From Candidatus Cloacimonadales bacterium (GTDB taxonomy: Bacteria > Cloacimonadota > Cloacimonadia > Cloacimonadales > JAIOQZ01): a stretch of DNA of 64,000 nt. Positions 9,214 to 19,570 of the stretch are shown in pieces. The notes below the pieces were generated by a model that worked only from the letters and a program-made list of their open reading frames with translations, made no database searches and was not told the DNA's origin. Position 1 is the first letter of the stretch, and every line of letters starts with the position of its first letter. A program made the position numbers and the translations under genes. The stretch covers positions 2,080,001-2,144,000 of the forward strand of contig OY771587.1 in assembly GCA_963674825.1 (NCBI GenBank), read 5' to 3'.

Positions 9214-10734
9214 TTAGACATCGATATCTTTAAAGGGATTTCCTTCAGTCGGATCCCATTTCTGACGTGCATAAGCGCGCCAGTTACGGTCGCCTTCGCG
9301 CTCGATGACATCACCGGGGATGTCGGTCGGATCGAAGGAAATACGACGTTTGTCGTAGTCGATCTGACGAACGAGGACGTCAATTCCTTCGCCAATCTGT
9401 TCATTGGTGTGATTAATGTTCGCGAGACGCATTCTCGACTTGGGAAGAAGTCCTGTCAGGCCTTCGCGGACCTTGATGAAGGTGCCGAAGTCAGAGACGC
9501 CGTCGATGGTTCCATGAACAGTCTGACCAACGGTCAGGATCTGGTCGATGCTATCCCATGGATCTTCTTCAAGAGCTTTGAGCGAGAGCGAGATTTTGCG
9601 TTTCTCGCGGTCGATACGAAGGATCTTTACCTGAACGAGATCGCCTTCCTGGACGACTTCAGACGGATGACCGATTCTTCTGCCACGGCGCATTTCGGAG
9701 ATCGGAATCAAGCCCTGAACGCCGGTCATTATCTCAGCGAACGAACCGAAGGTCTCGTTTTTCACGATACGGCAGCTAACAATCTGATCTTCCTGGAGCT
9801 CTTCAATAGCAACTTCAGCGGGGTTGCGTTCAAGGCGCTTGACGCTCAGGGAAATCTTGTTGCCTTTGAGGCGGATGACTTTGACATCGATTTCATCGCC
9901 GATATTGAGAAGATCGGACGGAGATTCGACATGCTTCCAGGCGATTTCGGAGATGTGAAGAAGACCTTCAACGCCACCGATATCGACGAATGCACCAAAG
10001 TTGGTCAGGCGGGTAACTTTACCCTTGAGAATATTGCCGGCTTCGAGTTTATCGAGCGTTTCCTTGCGTAATGTTTCGCGCTGTTTCTGAAGAAGCACAC
10101 GACGTGAAACGATGATATTACGTCCGCTTTCGCTGTATTCGGTAATCTCGAAATCGTATTCCTGATTGATGTATTTTGAGGTGTCGGAAACCGGACCAAG
10201 ATCAATCTGCGAAACTGGGCAGAATGCTCTTGCGCCGAGAAGGTTAACTGTGAAGCCGCCCTTGATGATGCTTACGACTTTACCAGTAACGGGGATTTTC
10301 CTCTCGTGTGCATCAAGAAGAACGGTCTTGGATGCGTGAGATTTGGAAAAGCTCTTGGCGATGATCGTTTCCGTATCACTTTTCTTAACGATGTAACCAC
10401 TGAGGGCGTCACCGATCTTGAACGGAAGTTCGCCTTCTGCGTTCAGGTATTCGGTCTTTTCGGCGATCGCGTCGAGCTTGTCGCCAAGTGTAACGAAGAT
10501 GTAGAGGTCCGTGATATTAACGATCGTGCCGGACACTTCGTCGCCTTCTCTGATCTCGAATGTGCGAGGCATCGATTCCTCGAGCATCTTTCCGAAATCT
10601 TCTTCTTCCTCAGTTTCTTCAATGGGTTGATTCTCATCAACAGGTTCAGTTGCTTGCGTAACTTCAACAGCTTCTTCGCCTGCTGTTACCTGTCCTTCCT
10701 GGATTTTTGTTTCTTCAGGATTTTCTAAAACCAT
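9214..10734 (-). CDS. rpsA: 30S ribosomal protein S1 or S1-like RNA-binding protein (five S1 domains)
   Basis: S1 motifs 'GKVTRLTNFGAFVDIGGVEGLLHISEI', 'RAFCPVSQID', 'RKISLSLK..EDPW'. Confidence 0.75.
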   Translation of the reverse strand: MVLENPEETKIQEGQVTAGEEAVEVTQATEPVDENQPIEETEEEEDFGKMLEESMPRTFEIREGDEVSGTIVNITDLYIFVTLGDKLDAIAEKTEYLNAEGELPFKIGDALSGYIVKKSDTETIIAKSFSKSHASKTVLLDAHERKIPVTGKVVSIIKGGFTVNLLGARAFCPVSQIDLGPVSDTSKYINQEYDFEITEYSESGRNIIVSRRVLLQKQRETLRKETLDKLEAGNILKGKVTRLTNFGAFVDIGGVEGLLHISEIAWKHVESPSDLLNIGDEIDVKVIRLKGNKISLSVKRLERNPAEVAIEELQEDQIVSCRIVKNETFGSFAEIMTGVQGLIPISEMRRGRRIGHPSEVVQEGDLVQVKILRIDREKRKISLSLKALEEDPWDSIDQILTVGQTVHGTIDGVSDFGTFIKVREGLTGLLPKSRMRLANINHTNEQIGEGIDVLVRQIDYDKRRISFDPTDIPGDVIEREGDRNWRAYARQKWDPTEGNPFKDIDV

Positions 10735-11061
10735 GTTTTCTACTCCTGTGCTATGCGATTTCCATCATGTTATTAGCATGAATGCGAAACAAAAGCACTC
10801 GGATAGGGGTTTATTGTCCAGCTTTTCCTGCTTTTTTTTCCTGGCTCATCTGCTAACCCGCTCCATCAAGGGATTTGCAGAATAATTTGCATCCGTTAAA
10901 CTTAGCTGATGAAGGCAGATACGTCATTCCTGATTTCAGGTTTTACTCGGAAATGGATCAAGGCGTTGAGAGTTGAATCTCCGTTTCAAGGAAAATATTG
11001 ACACCGCTACGGGAGGTGATCAATTACGACAAATTTCAATATGTAATGAATAGAATAGATT

Positions 11062-12510
11062 ATGTTGTTTAATACGATAGATTTCGCGATTTTCCTGCCG
11101 ATCGTGTTCATCCTGTACTGGTTTGTAACCAATCGGAGCTTGCGCCTGCAGAATTTTATGCTGGTCGTGGCTAGTTATGTCTTCTATGGTTGGTGGGACT
11201 GGCGTTTTCTATCACTGATCCTGTTCAGCACAGTCGTCGATTATCTGGTCGGTCGCAGGCTGAAAAGGGTGACTGCACCTTGCAAGCGCAGACTGCTTCT
11301 ATGGACCAGTATCGTGGTCAATCTCGGTTTTCTTGGCTTCTTCAAGTACTACAACTTCTTTCTTGATAACTTCCTGCGAGCATTCACGTTCTTTGGTTTC
11401 GAGATTCAAGCTAATTCGCTGAACGTCATTCTTCCTGTCGGGATAAGCTTCTACACGTTCCAGACGTTGAGCTATACCATCGATGTTTATCGACGTAAGC
11501 TGGAACCAACCGACGATTTCATAGAATTCGCGGCGTTCGTCAGCTTCTTCCCGCAGCTCGTTGCAGGGCCTATCGAACGTGCGACAAACCTGCTTCCGCA
11601 ATTCTACCGAAAGCGTGAATTTAAATACGAGGACGCCGTAGATGGCTTGCGGCAAATTCTCTGGGGACTCTTCAAGAAGGTTGTTATCGCGGATCAATGC
11701 GCCATTTTCGCGAATCAAATCTTCGATCAATATAGCTCGTTTGGCGGATCGACGTTGCTGTTGGGTGCACTTTTTTTCACCTTCCAGATCTATGGCGATT
11801 TCTCCGGTTATTCGGACATCGCCATTGGAACTGCCCGACTCTTTGGCTTCAAACTGATGCGTAACTTTGCATTTCCCTATTTCTCACGCGATATCGCCGA
11901 GTTTTGGCGTCGCTGGCACATCTCGCTTTCCACCTGGTTCCGGGATTATCTTTATATCCCGCTAGGCGGTAGTCGTGGCGGTACGTGGATGAAGATTCGT
12001 AACACCTTCATCATTTTCATCGTGAGCGGATTCTGGCATGGCGCGAATTGGACGTTCATCGTCTGGGGTACGCTCAACGCCATCTACTTCATGCCGCTGA
12101 TGCTGACGAAAAACAACCGAAAGAATCTGGATACCGTCGCGAGTGGCAAGCTTCTGCCGGGCTTCCGGGAGGCTGTCTCGATGCTGATAACTTTCGCGCT
12201 GACGGTTTTTGCCTGGATATTCTTTCGGGCGGAGAGCATGGCCCATGCGTTTGGTTACATTGGCAGGCTGTTCTCTGCGTCGATCATGGCGAGACCGAGC
12301 TTCAGCAATATGCGCACCGCGCTGGTCGTGCTGATCTTGTGCGCGATCATGTTTCTGGTTGAGTGGATTGGCCGCGAAGGGCAATATGCGCTCGAACGAT
12401 TTGGGTTGAGGTGGGTAAGACCGTTTCGATATGCGATGTACTACACACTGGTGCTGGCAATCTTCTGGTTTGGTGGCACCGATCAACAGTTTATCTACTT
12501 CCAGTTTTAG
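11062..12510 (+). CDS. MBOAT family O-acyltransferase (AlgI/DltB/PatA-like)
   Basis: Motifs LPVGISFYTFQ, FFPQLVAGPIER, QIYGDFSGYSDIA, FWRRWHISLSTW, SGFWHGANW; ends in FIYFQF. Confidence 0.93.
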   Translation: MLFNTIDFAIFLPIVFILYWFVTNRSLRLQNFMLVVASYVFYGWWDWRFLSLILFSTVVDYLVGRRLKRVTAPCKRRLLLWTSIVVNLGFLGFFKYYNFFLDNFLRAFTFFGFEIQANSLNVILPVGISFYTFQTLSYTIDVYRRKLEPTDDFIEFAAFVSFFPQLVAGPIERATNLLPQFYRKREFKYEDAVDGLRQILWGLFKKVVIADQCAIFANQIFDQYSSFGGSTLLLGALFFTFQIYGDFSGYSDIAIGTARLFGFKLMRNFAFPYFSRDIAEFWRRWHISLSTWFRDYLYIPLGGSRGGTWMKIRNTFIIFIVSGFWHGANWTFIVWGTLNAIYFMPLMLTKNNRKNLDTVASGKLLPGFREAVSMLITFALTVFAWIFFRAESMAHAFGYIGRLFSASIMARPSFSNMRTALVVLILCAIMFLVEWIGREGQYALERFGLRWVRPFRYAMYYTLVLAIFWFGGTDQQFIYFQF

Positions 12511-12512
12511 GT

Positions 12513-13460
12513 ATGAAAAGGTTTATCGTTAAACTACTGGTGTTTCTTTCGCCGATCCTCATTCTGGCGGTTGGTATGGAACTGTTACTGCGTTGCGTTG
12601 ACAACAGCTACAAGTATAAAAGCACCTATATGAAAACTCGTGGCGGCAGTATCAATACACTGATTATGGGGAGCTCGCATTCCTTCTATGGAATCGATCC
12701 CGATTATCTTTCGGGCGACGCCTTCAACCTGAGTCATCCATCGCAGACTCTGGAATTCGATGAGAAGCTCATCCTGAAATACGAGAATCAGCTAACAAGC
12801 CTGAAAACACTTTACCTTCCTATTTCGATGTTCACGCTTTACGGTCGGCTCGAGGACAGCGTGGAAAATTGGCGCGAAAACAACTATTCGCTCTATTACG
12901 GCATTCATACTGGCTATGGGCTCGGACAGTATATAGAACTCTTTGCGCGGAAGTTCAAGATCAATGTTGGGATTCTTTACGCTTACTACCTGAAAGGCGA
13001 GCAAGATTTGGTATGCTCCAGGCTTGGATGGGGCATCGCTTACAGTCCGGGTAAGATGCGAGATTTGGAATTGACGGCCGATGACGCGGTGCGGCGCCAC
13101 ACAAATTTCAACATACATTCCCCAAAATACAGGGAGATTTTCGAAGAAAACGTCGCCACGCTCAAACGGATTATCTCCTGGGCTGATAAGCGAAATGTGA
13201 AAGTAATCCTGCTAACGTTACCCGCCTACAAGACCTATCGTGAAAATCCGCATCTGAACAGCGAGGTTGTCGAGCGAACAATCGAAACGGCTGAGAGTGT
13301 GGCTCGGACATTCGGGAATTGCGATTACCTGAACTTATACGACAGCGATTCGTTCACCATAGCTGATTTCTACGATGCCGATCACTTGAATCATGATGGA
13401 GCAGAGAAGCTTACTCGCATCCTGAATAAGTACAATTCGGATAAAGAAAACAATAATTGA
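12513..13460 (+). CDS. Membrane-anchored SGNH/GDSL-like protein, probable partner of the MBOAT (AlgJ/DltD-like)
   Basis: ATG 2 nt after the MBOAT stop; N-terminal TM helix; GSSH motif and C-terminal FYDADHLN (DxxH). Confidence 0.75.
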   Translation: MKRFIVKLLVFLSPILILAVGMELLLRCVDNSYKYKSTYMKTRGGSINTLIMGSSHSFYGIDPDYLSGDAFNLSHPSQTLEFDEKLILKYENQLTSLKTLYLPISMFTLYGRLEDSVENWRENNYSLYYGIHTGYGLGQYIELFARKFKINVGILYAYYLKGEQDLVCSRLGWGIAYSPGKMRDLELTADDAVRRHTNFNIHSPKYREIFEENVATLKRIISWADKRNVKVILLTLPAYKTYRENPHLNSEVVERTIETAESVARTFGNCDYLNLYDSDSFTIADFYDADHLNHDGAEKLTRILNKYNSDKENNN

Positions 13461-13535
13461 TTGACGTTTATGGTTAGCTGAATGAATACTGACGAATCCT
13501 TTGCCGGGTATTTTACATGAAGGGAATTACAGCGA

Positions 13536-14087
13536 ATGCCAGGGAGCCGAGATAATAATCATCGCAAGATAATGATCATGGCGATCGTGCTCATTCTGTC
13601 CGGATGTGTGATGGAACAACATATGCCTGTTCTGATGCATGTACCGGAAGGATTTGAGACGCTAGTTCTCGATTTTAGCTCGTTTACTGAGCGAGGTTTC
13701 CTGTTCACGCCACGTAGCTACAGTGGCAAATACAATTCAATCGGAATGGTCGAATTCAAGTACAATGTTGAAGCCAGGCTTGTGTGTAAGAACCTAAATG
13801 CGCCATCACCGGAGGCATCATCAGCGGGAATACAACAACTGGAATACTACGATTGGGACGTGGACGAAATCGATTATCAGGTTGTTCTGGAGCACGCGTA
13901 TAAAGAGGCGCAGATGATGGGTGGGAACGCGATCGTTAATTTCAAGATGGAAGTGGAGTACGAGACATTGCAGAACGCACCAGAATACCCTGATGTTGTT
14001 ATCCCGGTCGTGCATGTTACGGGTTTTGTTATCGAGCGATATTATCCATATCACACCGAGCCGTTGCCAGACGCGCCTACCGAATAA
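13536..14087 (+). CDS. Putative lipoprotein with YbjQ/heavy-metal-binding-like C-terminal fold
   Basis: Lipobox LSGC; 'YKEAQMMGGNAIVNF...VTGFVIER'; start codon uncertain. Confidence 0.55.
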   Translation: MPGSRDNNHRKIMIMAIVLILSGCVMEQHMPVLMHVPEGFETLVLDFSSFTERGFLFTPRSYSGKYNSIGMVEFKYNVEARLVCKNLNAPSPEASSAGIQQLEYYDWDVDEIDYQVVLEHAYKEAQMMGGNAIVNFKMEVEYETLQNAPEYPDVVIPVVHVTGFVIERYYPYHTEPLPDAPTE

Positions 14088-14493
14088 AATACCCCGCGAC
14101 CAGCCATTCATCGCCAGATTTCTGCAATGTAACCGTTTCGCTGATCTCTACATCACCGCATTTCGATGAAAACCGGACTTCGCGATAATCACCCTGAGGT
14201 GCTCCGTCGAGCATCGATGACCACTCGATCGAATCCGTGCTCCGCTGAGAGTGTTTGCCATATTGCTTCATCAGGCTATTCATGGTCATGATCCATTCAT
14301 CCCGCGTGACGGCGTCACGAACCAGCGTAGATGACTGATCCCAACTCTTGCCGTACTTGCCTGCGTCGATCAGCTTCAGCCATGTTCTTGCGGCGATAAC
14401 TTCTGCTTCGTTATCCAGTGGACCATCGGGTTGATTCTCGGCGCAGCCGAAGAGGAGGAGAATTGTGGCAACAACAAGAATGAACCGCTTCAT
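14077..14493 (-). CDS. DUF4019-like lipoprotein
   Basis: Lipobox LFGC; 'WLKLIDAGKYGKSWD...GAPQGDY...ETVT...WLVAGYFIR'. Confidence 0.75.
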   Translation of the reverse strand: MKRFILVVATILLLFGCAENQPDGPLDNEAEVIAARTWLKLIDAGKYGKSWDQSSTLVRDAVTRDEWIMTMNSLMKQYGKHSQRSTDSIEWSSMLDGAPQGDYREVRFSSKCGDVEISETVTLQKSGDEWLVAGYFIR

Positions 14494-15155
14494 ATCAGCT
14501 TCAGTGCCCTTTCCAGCAGTTCTTTGCGTCTTGCGTCATATTGGCTTTTCTGCTTGCTTCGTTTCCATGCGTTTTCGATAGCTTTTCCAGCGTAACGAAG
14601 CTCGTTGATAGCAGGATTGACGTTCATTTCTGTAAGCGAAAGAACGGTATAATAGAATGGATATTTACGCCATCGCCCGTTATCGTTTCGGCATCGAGTG
14701 AGGTCTTTCAGGCCGTTGATCATCCGCTCTTCCTGCTGATCACCGCCACCGGCTGCAAGGTGCCGCCATAGGGATGCCGAGCAGGTTCCGCAGCACCAGA
14801 GACCCCACGGCTGATTGGGCTGGTCGTGAACGCTGATCATGGAAAGGAGGGTTTGGCGTACGCTTTCATTGATATCGCTACCCAGGAGAAGCAGCGCTCT
14901 TCCAGCTTCCTCACTCAGGATGTGAGCAGTTCCGGCCCCGGAGGTGATACGCTCGCCTGTGAATAGTCGGATCCCATTATTGTAATCCTGATCGGTAGGG
15001 GCAAACAGGCCACGGTAATTGCGCGGTTTTTCGTATTGTCCGGCGATCCAGCGACTTGCTTCCAGGCGTTCCGATTCGTCGATCGGCTTTCCCCAGAAAA
15101 CGAGATCGTTCACATTATCAAGTGTTTTGGAGAGGCTATGTTGATCTACCAGCAT
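14490..15155 (-). CDS. Hypothetical protein with a CCxxC motif
   Basis: RBS AGGAGG; stop overlaps the next ATG (ATGA); 'WCCGTCS', 'GRWRKYPFYYT'. Confidence 0.7.
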   Translation of the reverse strand: MLVDQHSLSKTLDNVNDLVFWGKPIDESERLEASRWIAGQYEKPRNYRGLFAPTDQDYNNGIRLFTGERITSGAGTAHILSEEAGRALLLLGSDINESVRQTLLSMISVHDQPNQPWGLWCCGTCSASLWRHLAAGGGDQQEERMINGLKDLTRCRNDNGRWRKYPFYYTVLSLTEMNVNPAINELRYAGKAIENAWKRSKQKSQYDARRKELLERALKLI

Positions 15156-15272
15156 CGATTCCTCCTTTTACTCAAGGATTGCGAACGAGCCGTTGTCGTC
15201 AAGAGATTCGAGAGGGTAGTGTATCTTTTTTGTTGACACAGAAATCCCAGCGAGAAACCTGTCTTGCATGTT

Positions 15273-15350
15273 CGGGGTGTAGCGCAGCCCGGTTAGCGCA
15301 CTGGTTTTGGGAACCAGGTGTCGGAGGTTCAAATCCTCTCACCCCGACCA
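15273..15350 (+). tRNA. tRNA-Pro (anticodon TGG)
   Basis: CGGGGTG acceptor stem, anticodon arm CTGGT-TT-TGG-GA-ACCAG, GGTTCAAATCC T-arm, encoded CCA. Confidence 0.97.
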
Positions 15351-15439
15351 TTTCAATTTTCAATTCTTTCATTTGCAGTGGGTTGTATAATAAGTCAAAT
15401 CAGGGAAATCACGTCATGGGTTTAAGTCCATCGGGAATT

Positions 15440-15810
15440 TTCATTATTCGTTGATTTCCGTGTAGGTAATTGGCTAGCACCCCCTCTCTACCTCTCTGAT
15501 CTTTGTGCTTTCAATCCGTTCCGAATAGTGTTCCTTAACAATGTCTGCAAATTGAACTAGCTCTGAAATGCTTTTTTTCTTCACCAAGCTGGCGGATAAG
15601 CCCAGCAACTTCTATCCGTTTCTTGAATCCTGGAATCGCTGAACCAAAATATCCAAGATTGCCAAGGTTGGTCAATACGGCTCTAAGAACATCATACTGA
15701 TGAAATTGCACCAGAAAATCTCTACAGAATGGATGCGATTTCGTGACAGCTTCATCTCCAGATTTCTCAGTTATGAAAATTGGCATGATATAGGAGATAT
15801 TGCTCTGTAA
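15440..15810 (-). pseudogene. Probable 3' remnant of a gene truncated by the adjacent IS end
   Basis: Short ORF 15535-15786 with no clear RBS, abutting the IS inverted repeat at 15814; boundaries approximate. Confidence 0.3.
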
Positions 15811-15813
15811 TAC

Positions 15814-16071
15814 AGAAGTGGCGCCGGTAGTTTGGACAGATATCCGTCATGTATAAGTGGAACCTTGCCGGTGATGATGTCATGCTGCATCGGGTAGATG
15901 CTCCGAGTCTTTTCGATACATTTCATCAGGCGTGCAGCCACCGTGGGCCGAGTGTGGTCGCTTCCGGTTATAGAAGTCCAGATGTTTCTGCAATGATCCT
16001 CTCGCGTTGTTGACGCTGTCGTACGCCTTCAGATAAACCTCCTCGTACTTGATTGTCTTCCAAAGCCGCTC
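15814..16071 (-). mobile_element. IS3-family remnant: transposase 3' end plus right inverted repeat
   Basis: 'ERLWKTIKYEEVYLKAYDSV...FYNRKRPHSAHGGCTPDEMY' integrase-core tail; terminal AGAAGTGGCGCCGG matches the IS end at 31240. Confidence 0.85.
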
Positions 16072-16739
16072 TTTCTCCTGAGGTGACAAACCTCTGAACC
16101 CTTCAGCGGTCAATCTCTCAATTTCAGCTTCGAGTTTGGGTCTATTATATGATCGGTCTCCAAACTTAGTATTTTGATTTGCTATATCTCTTGCTTTGTT
16201 GGTAAGTCTTTTCATATTCTCATTATTCGCATTCTCAAAAACTATTTTATTGTGTTTGGACGCTTTTTCTGCATCTAAATAATCCTTCCGCAAGCCTGTT
16301 TCATTTCCTTCTTCAGCTGAGCCGAGTTCCGATTCGAGTTTTTCTATCGTTTGTGTAATCTCGATGTTCTTCTCTCCAAGGACTGCAAAAGGCTCGATGC
16401 CGTCATCTTGATTCGCGATGAACGTAGATTGTCTCTGACGAAATCCTCGTTGAACACTCGGATGATTTCGCTGTGGTTGGTGATATCTGATTTGGTAAGG
16501 TGTGGTGGAGCATCCATCTCCAGTTCAAACTCAGGATTGTCGAACTTCTCCGATAACCTGCCAGTTTCGAATGCACGAAAGATGCGAGAAAGGGTGGTCT
16601 TGCCGGAGTAATTGCGTCCATACAGGATATTCATTTTCTTGAATGTAAGAGGCTTACCTTCCTTATCAACAACCGATTGATCCCATGTGAAATCCTGAAA
16701 AACAGCAAAATTCCGGATACGTGATATCTTGCTGACCAT
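16072..16739 (-). pseudogene. Frameshifted, IS-truncated AAA_13/RloC-like ATPase
   Basis: 'IRNFAVFQDF...NILYGRNYSGKTTLSRIF...VFNEDFVRDNL' continues after a shift near 16420 as 'FIANQDDGIEPFAVLGEENIEI' and a coiled coil, then joins IS3 sequence. Confidence 0.7.
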
Positions 16740-16850
16740 ATTGCCTCCAAGTATCTGTGAATCAAGAAATAATAGCTAAATGTCAGTGCATAATTGATTG
16801 ATGGCAATGAGTTGTCCAGTACTTTCCCGTATATGCATAATTATTGAAGT

Positions 16851-19445
16851 CTATTTCAAAAGCATCATCTTCTTCACGAGCTGATTGTCTTGGGTTTCGA
16901 GGCGATAGAAGTAAATGCCGCTGGAGACAGGCTTGCCGTGGTGATCGATGCCCTGCCATGTGATCAAGTGCGGCCCCGCTTCTTGTGTCTCGTGAACAAG
17001 CGTGGTTACCTTCTGGCCACGAATGTTGTAGATTGCGAGCTTGACGTCTGTCTTGCTCGGGATGCTGTAGCTGATCGTCGTCGAGGGATTGAATGGGTTG
17101 GGGTGGTTGGAGAGGAAAAACGTCGGAGATGTAACGTTGTCTTCGGTGGATAACACGTTGATGGATACGGTGTTGGTAGGCGTGGACTCGATGTTTCCGT
17201 ACTGCGCGGTGACATAGTAGTAATGGTCGCCGGTGGGTGCGCCGAAGTCGGTGTATTGGGTGCCGTTTTCCGCCGGTGAAAGCGCCACAAAGCTGCTGTC
17301 GCGGTAGATATTCCAGCCGTTCAGGCTGCGCACGGGATGATCCCAGGTCAACAGGACATCCTGCCCCGACTGTGTTGCCGCAAGTTCTTCCGGTGGCGCC
17401 ATGTACTGGTATTCGTAGCAACCGATGTCCATGCGCGCGATACCGTCGCCATCGCCGTCCCAGATGCGTTCGTTGCCGAGAAGATCGTATGGATGAAGCT
17501 CTTCCCAGGGCTCGGGCTGCCCCTGATCAATCAACGGCGAGTCCGCGCTCAGCATATAATCGTAACCAAACTGGCTGACGAACATTGGATCGACATCGAC
17601 ATTGTGCTCGCCCCAGTCCAGGAATTCGTCTCCTGCATCGTGATAGATATATTGCTGGCCGTACTCGATGTCGTTGTAGTCCATAATGACGTTGTAGTTC
17701 GTCCCGGCCCAGTCTTCCACATAGACGTTGTAGTAGTACCCGGAGTTGTCCCAGAAGACGTTGTTGTACATCTCTGCATTTCCGTTTTGCAGGATGATTT
17801 TGCGCGTACATGCGTTGTTGACGAAGGTGTTTCCGCTGATGTGGGCTTCACCGGTGTGGTTTTGCACCAGCAAGATGGTGCCCGGCTCCATTGCGTTGTC
17901 GTAGAAGAGGTTGTTTTCCACAATAATCCGGCTTTCGTCCTCGTGGAGCGGATGCAAGTCCAGCACTGCGATATAGGAGTAGCTGCCGTTTGTGGAATAG
18001 CCGGAGTTGTTGCGAAATATACTGTTGCGCAGGATCAGATCGCCTTCGATGTAGTCGCAGAACAAGGCCGCGGTAGGGAAGAAATCGTCACTGCCTGCAT
18101 AATTCCCATCGAAAACACAACCGTCGAATGTCACGTCTCTACCTTCGTACTCCATGCCACCATAACACATGGTGCTCGTATTATTCAGAAAATGAACATT
18201 CTTATAGAGTACGTTTTCGCCATGGACAAAATAGTGTCCTGCATGACTGTCAGTAGTGTTGTCTTTTATTAGTAGGTTGAGAAATTGCACATTTTTTGAT
18301 CTGCTACAATAAAGAGCAGTGCTATTTGAAAGTGCATATACTCCTTGAACACAAAAGTCCTGTAATATATTATCACCATGTTCTCGCAACATGGTAAGTG
18401 CACAGCAGTATCCATTTGCATCAATGATGGATTTCTCCATGCCTGCGCCGATAATATTAACGTATTGCTTTGGGGCTACAAGAAAGTATCGTTCGCCATC
18501 CCACAGATTATAGGTACCTTCTGCAAGATGGACGGTCTTTGGATTCAGACTGTCCGACTCGATACGGTTCAGTGCGACAGCAATGTTCTTGAGTGGCGAT
18601 CCTTCCGATAGACCATCGTTGTTATCGTCACCATCCGGAGAGACGTACAAGTCCTGGTTGACCTGTTCGATATACCCATGCTGAATATCGAATGTATAAG
18701 GATTATGGTTTTCGTAAGCCGATCGCCACCAACCATAATTCGCAAAATAATGCTTGGGCTGAGCAACGGTGAAAGTATCGACGACAACATTGCACTCGTT
18801 GATGTTCATGCAATAGATATCACCCGCTCCAAAATTATTGTAAACACTGCATAGATTATTTGCGTCAAATTCGATTACATTAGTCTCATCTGCAAATGCA
18901 ATTCCTCCATTTGCTTCATAACTGAAATTGTCGTGAACCGAGATACCTGAAAAATGAGCTCCTTCTGTAATATAGAAGAATATTCCACCACCACCTGTCG
19001 CATAATTGTATTTTATCTGACAATTCACTAAATAGACATCTCCCACAAAGCTTGCGTAGATCCCTCCCCCACCCGTAATCGTACCATCATAATACGGGCA
19101 ACCCGAGCCGTGGATCAATGTAAAGCCGCGTAGAGTAACTTCTTCCTCGTCATTGCAGATACGGACACAGCTATTCTGGTGATTGCCGTCGATGATGGTA
19201 GTATGGATATATTGAGGGTCTCCGGTGGTCAGTTCCAGGCTGGCGAGGGTGATGTTGTGCCCGTTATAGATCACGTTCTCGTAGTAGGTCCCGGGATGAA
19301 CCAGCACGGTGTCGCCATCGTCTGACGCGTTGATCGCGGACTGGATTACGGTGTAGTCCTGTGTGCCGTCGAGGGAGACGGTGAGGGTGGTCGCGGAGAG
19401 TGAGAGTACGGCTGTCAGAAAGAACAGGAATATCAGGTTTTTCAT
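16851..19445 (-). CDS. Secreted beta-helix (DUF1565-like) protein with FN3 and FlgD-Ig/T9SS-like C-terminal domain (type B')
   Basis: Signal peptide; 'IQSAINAS.DGDTVLVHPGTYYEN'; 'DLYVSPDGDDNNDGLS'; C-terminal NHPNPFNPSTTI. Confidence 0.85.
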   Translation of the reverse strand: MKNLIFLFFLTAVLSLSATTLTVSLDGTQDYTVIQSAINASDDGDTVLVHPGTYYENVIYNGHNITLASLELTTGDPQYIHTTIIDGNHQNSCVRICNDEEEVTLRGFTLIHGSGCPYYDGTITGGGGIYASFVGDVYLVNCQIKYNYATGGGGIFFYITEGAHFSGISVHDNFSYEANGGIAFADETNVIEFDANNLCSVYNNFGAGDIYCMNINECNVVVDTFTVAQPKHYFANYGWWRSAYENHNPYTFDIQHGYIEQVNQDLYVSPDGDDNNDGLSEGSPLKNIAVALNRIESDSLNPKTVHLAEGTYNLWDGERYFLVAPKQYVNIIGAGMEKSIIDANGYCCALTMLREHGDNILQDFCVQGVYALSNSTALYCSRSKNVQFLNLLIKDNTTDSHAGHYFVHGENVLYKNVHFLNNTSTMCYGGMEYEGRDVTFDGCVFDGNYAGSDDFFPTAALFCDYIEGDLILRNSIFRNNSGYSTNGSYSYIAVLDLHPLHEDESRIIVENNLFYDNAMEPGTILLVQNHTGEAHISGNTFVNNACTRKIILQNGNAEMYNNVFWDNSGYYYNVYVEDWAGTNYNVIMDYNDIEYGQQYIYHDAGDEFLDWGEHNVDVDPMFVSQFGYDYMLSADSPLIDQGQPEPWEELHPYDLLGNERIWDGDGDGIARMDIGCYEYQYMAPPEELAATQSGQDVLLTWDHPVRSLNGWNIYRDSSFVALSPAENGTQYTDFGAPTGDHYYYVTAQYGNIESTPTNTVSINVLSTEDNVTSPTFFLSNHPNPFNPSTTISYSIPSKTDVKLAIYNIRGQKVTTLVHETQEAGPHLITWQGIDHHGKPVSSGIYFYRLETQDNQLVKKMMLLK

Positions 19446-19462
19446 GGTGTCTCCGGGTCGAT

Positions 19463-19570
19463 AACCCCTCCCTAACCCTCCCCTAAACAGGGGAGGGATT
19501 TAAGGAAGGGCAATATTAGGCTTCACCCGCCTCCTTTCCCCTTTGTAGGGGAAAGGTCGGGATAGGGGTT
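19463..19570. repeat. REP-like double-hairpin element (two inverted units)
   Basis: Hairpins CCCTCCCCT-aaac-AGGGGAGGG (19476-19497) and CCTTTCCCCT-ttgt-AGGGGAAAGG (19533-19556); outer inverted repeat AACCCCT/AGGGGTT. Confidence 0.7.

Noticed and set aside
15880..16293. 137-aa ORF as a real gene
   Set aside because: Chimera of the RloC-like coiled coil and an IS3 transposase tail; TTG start inside a pseudogene.
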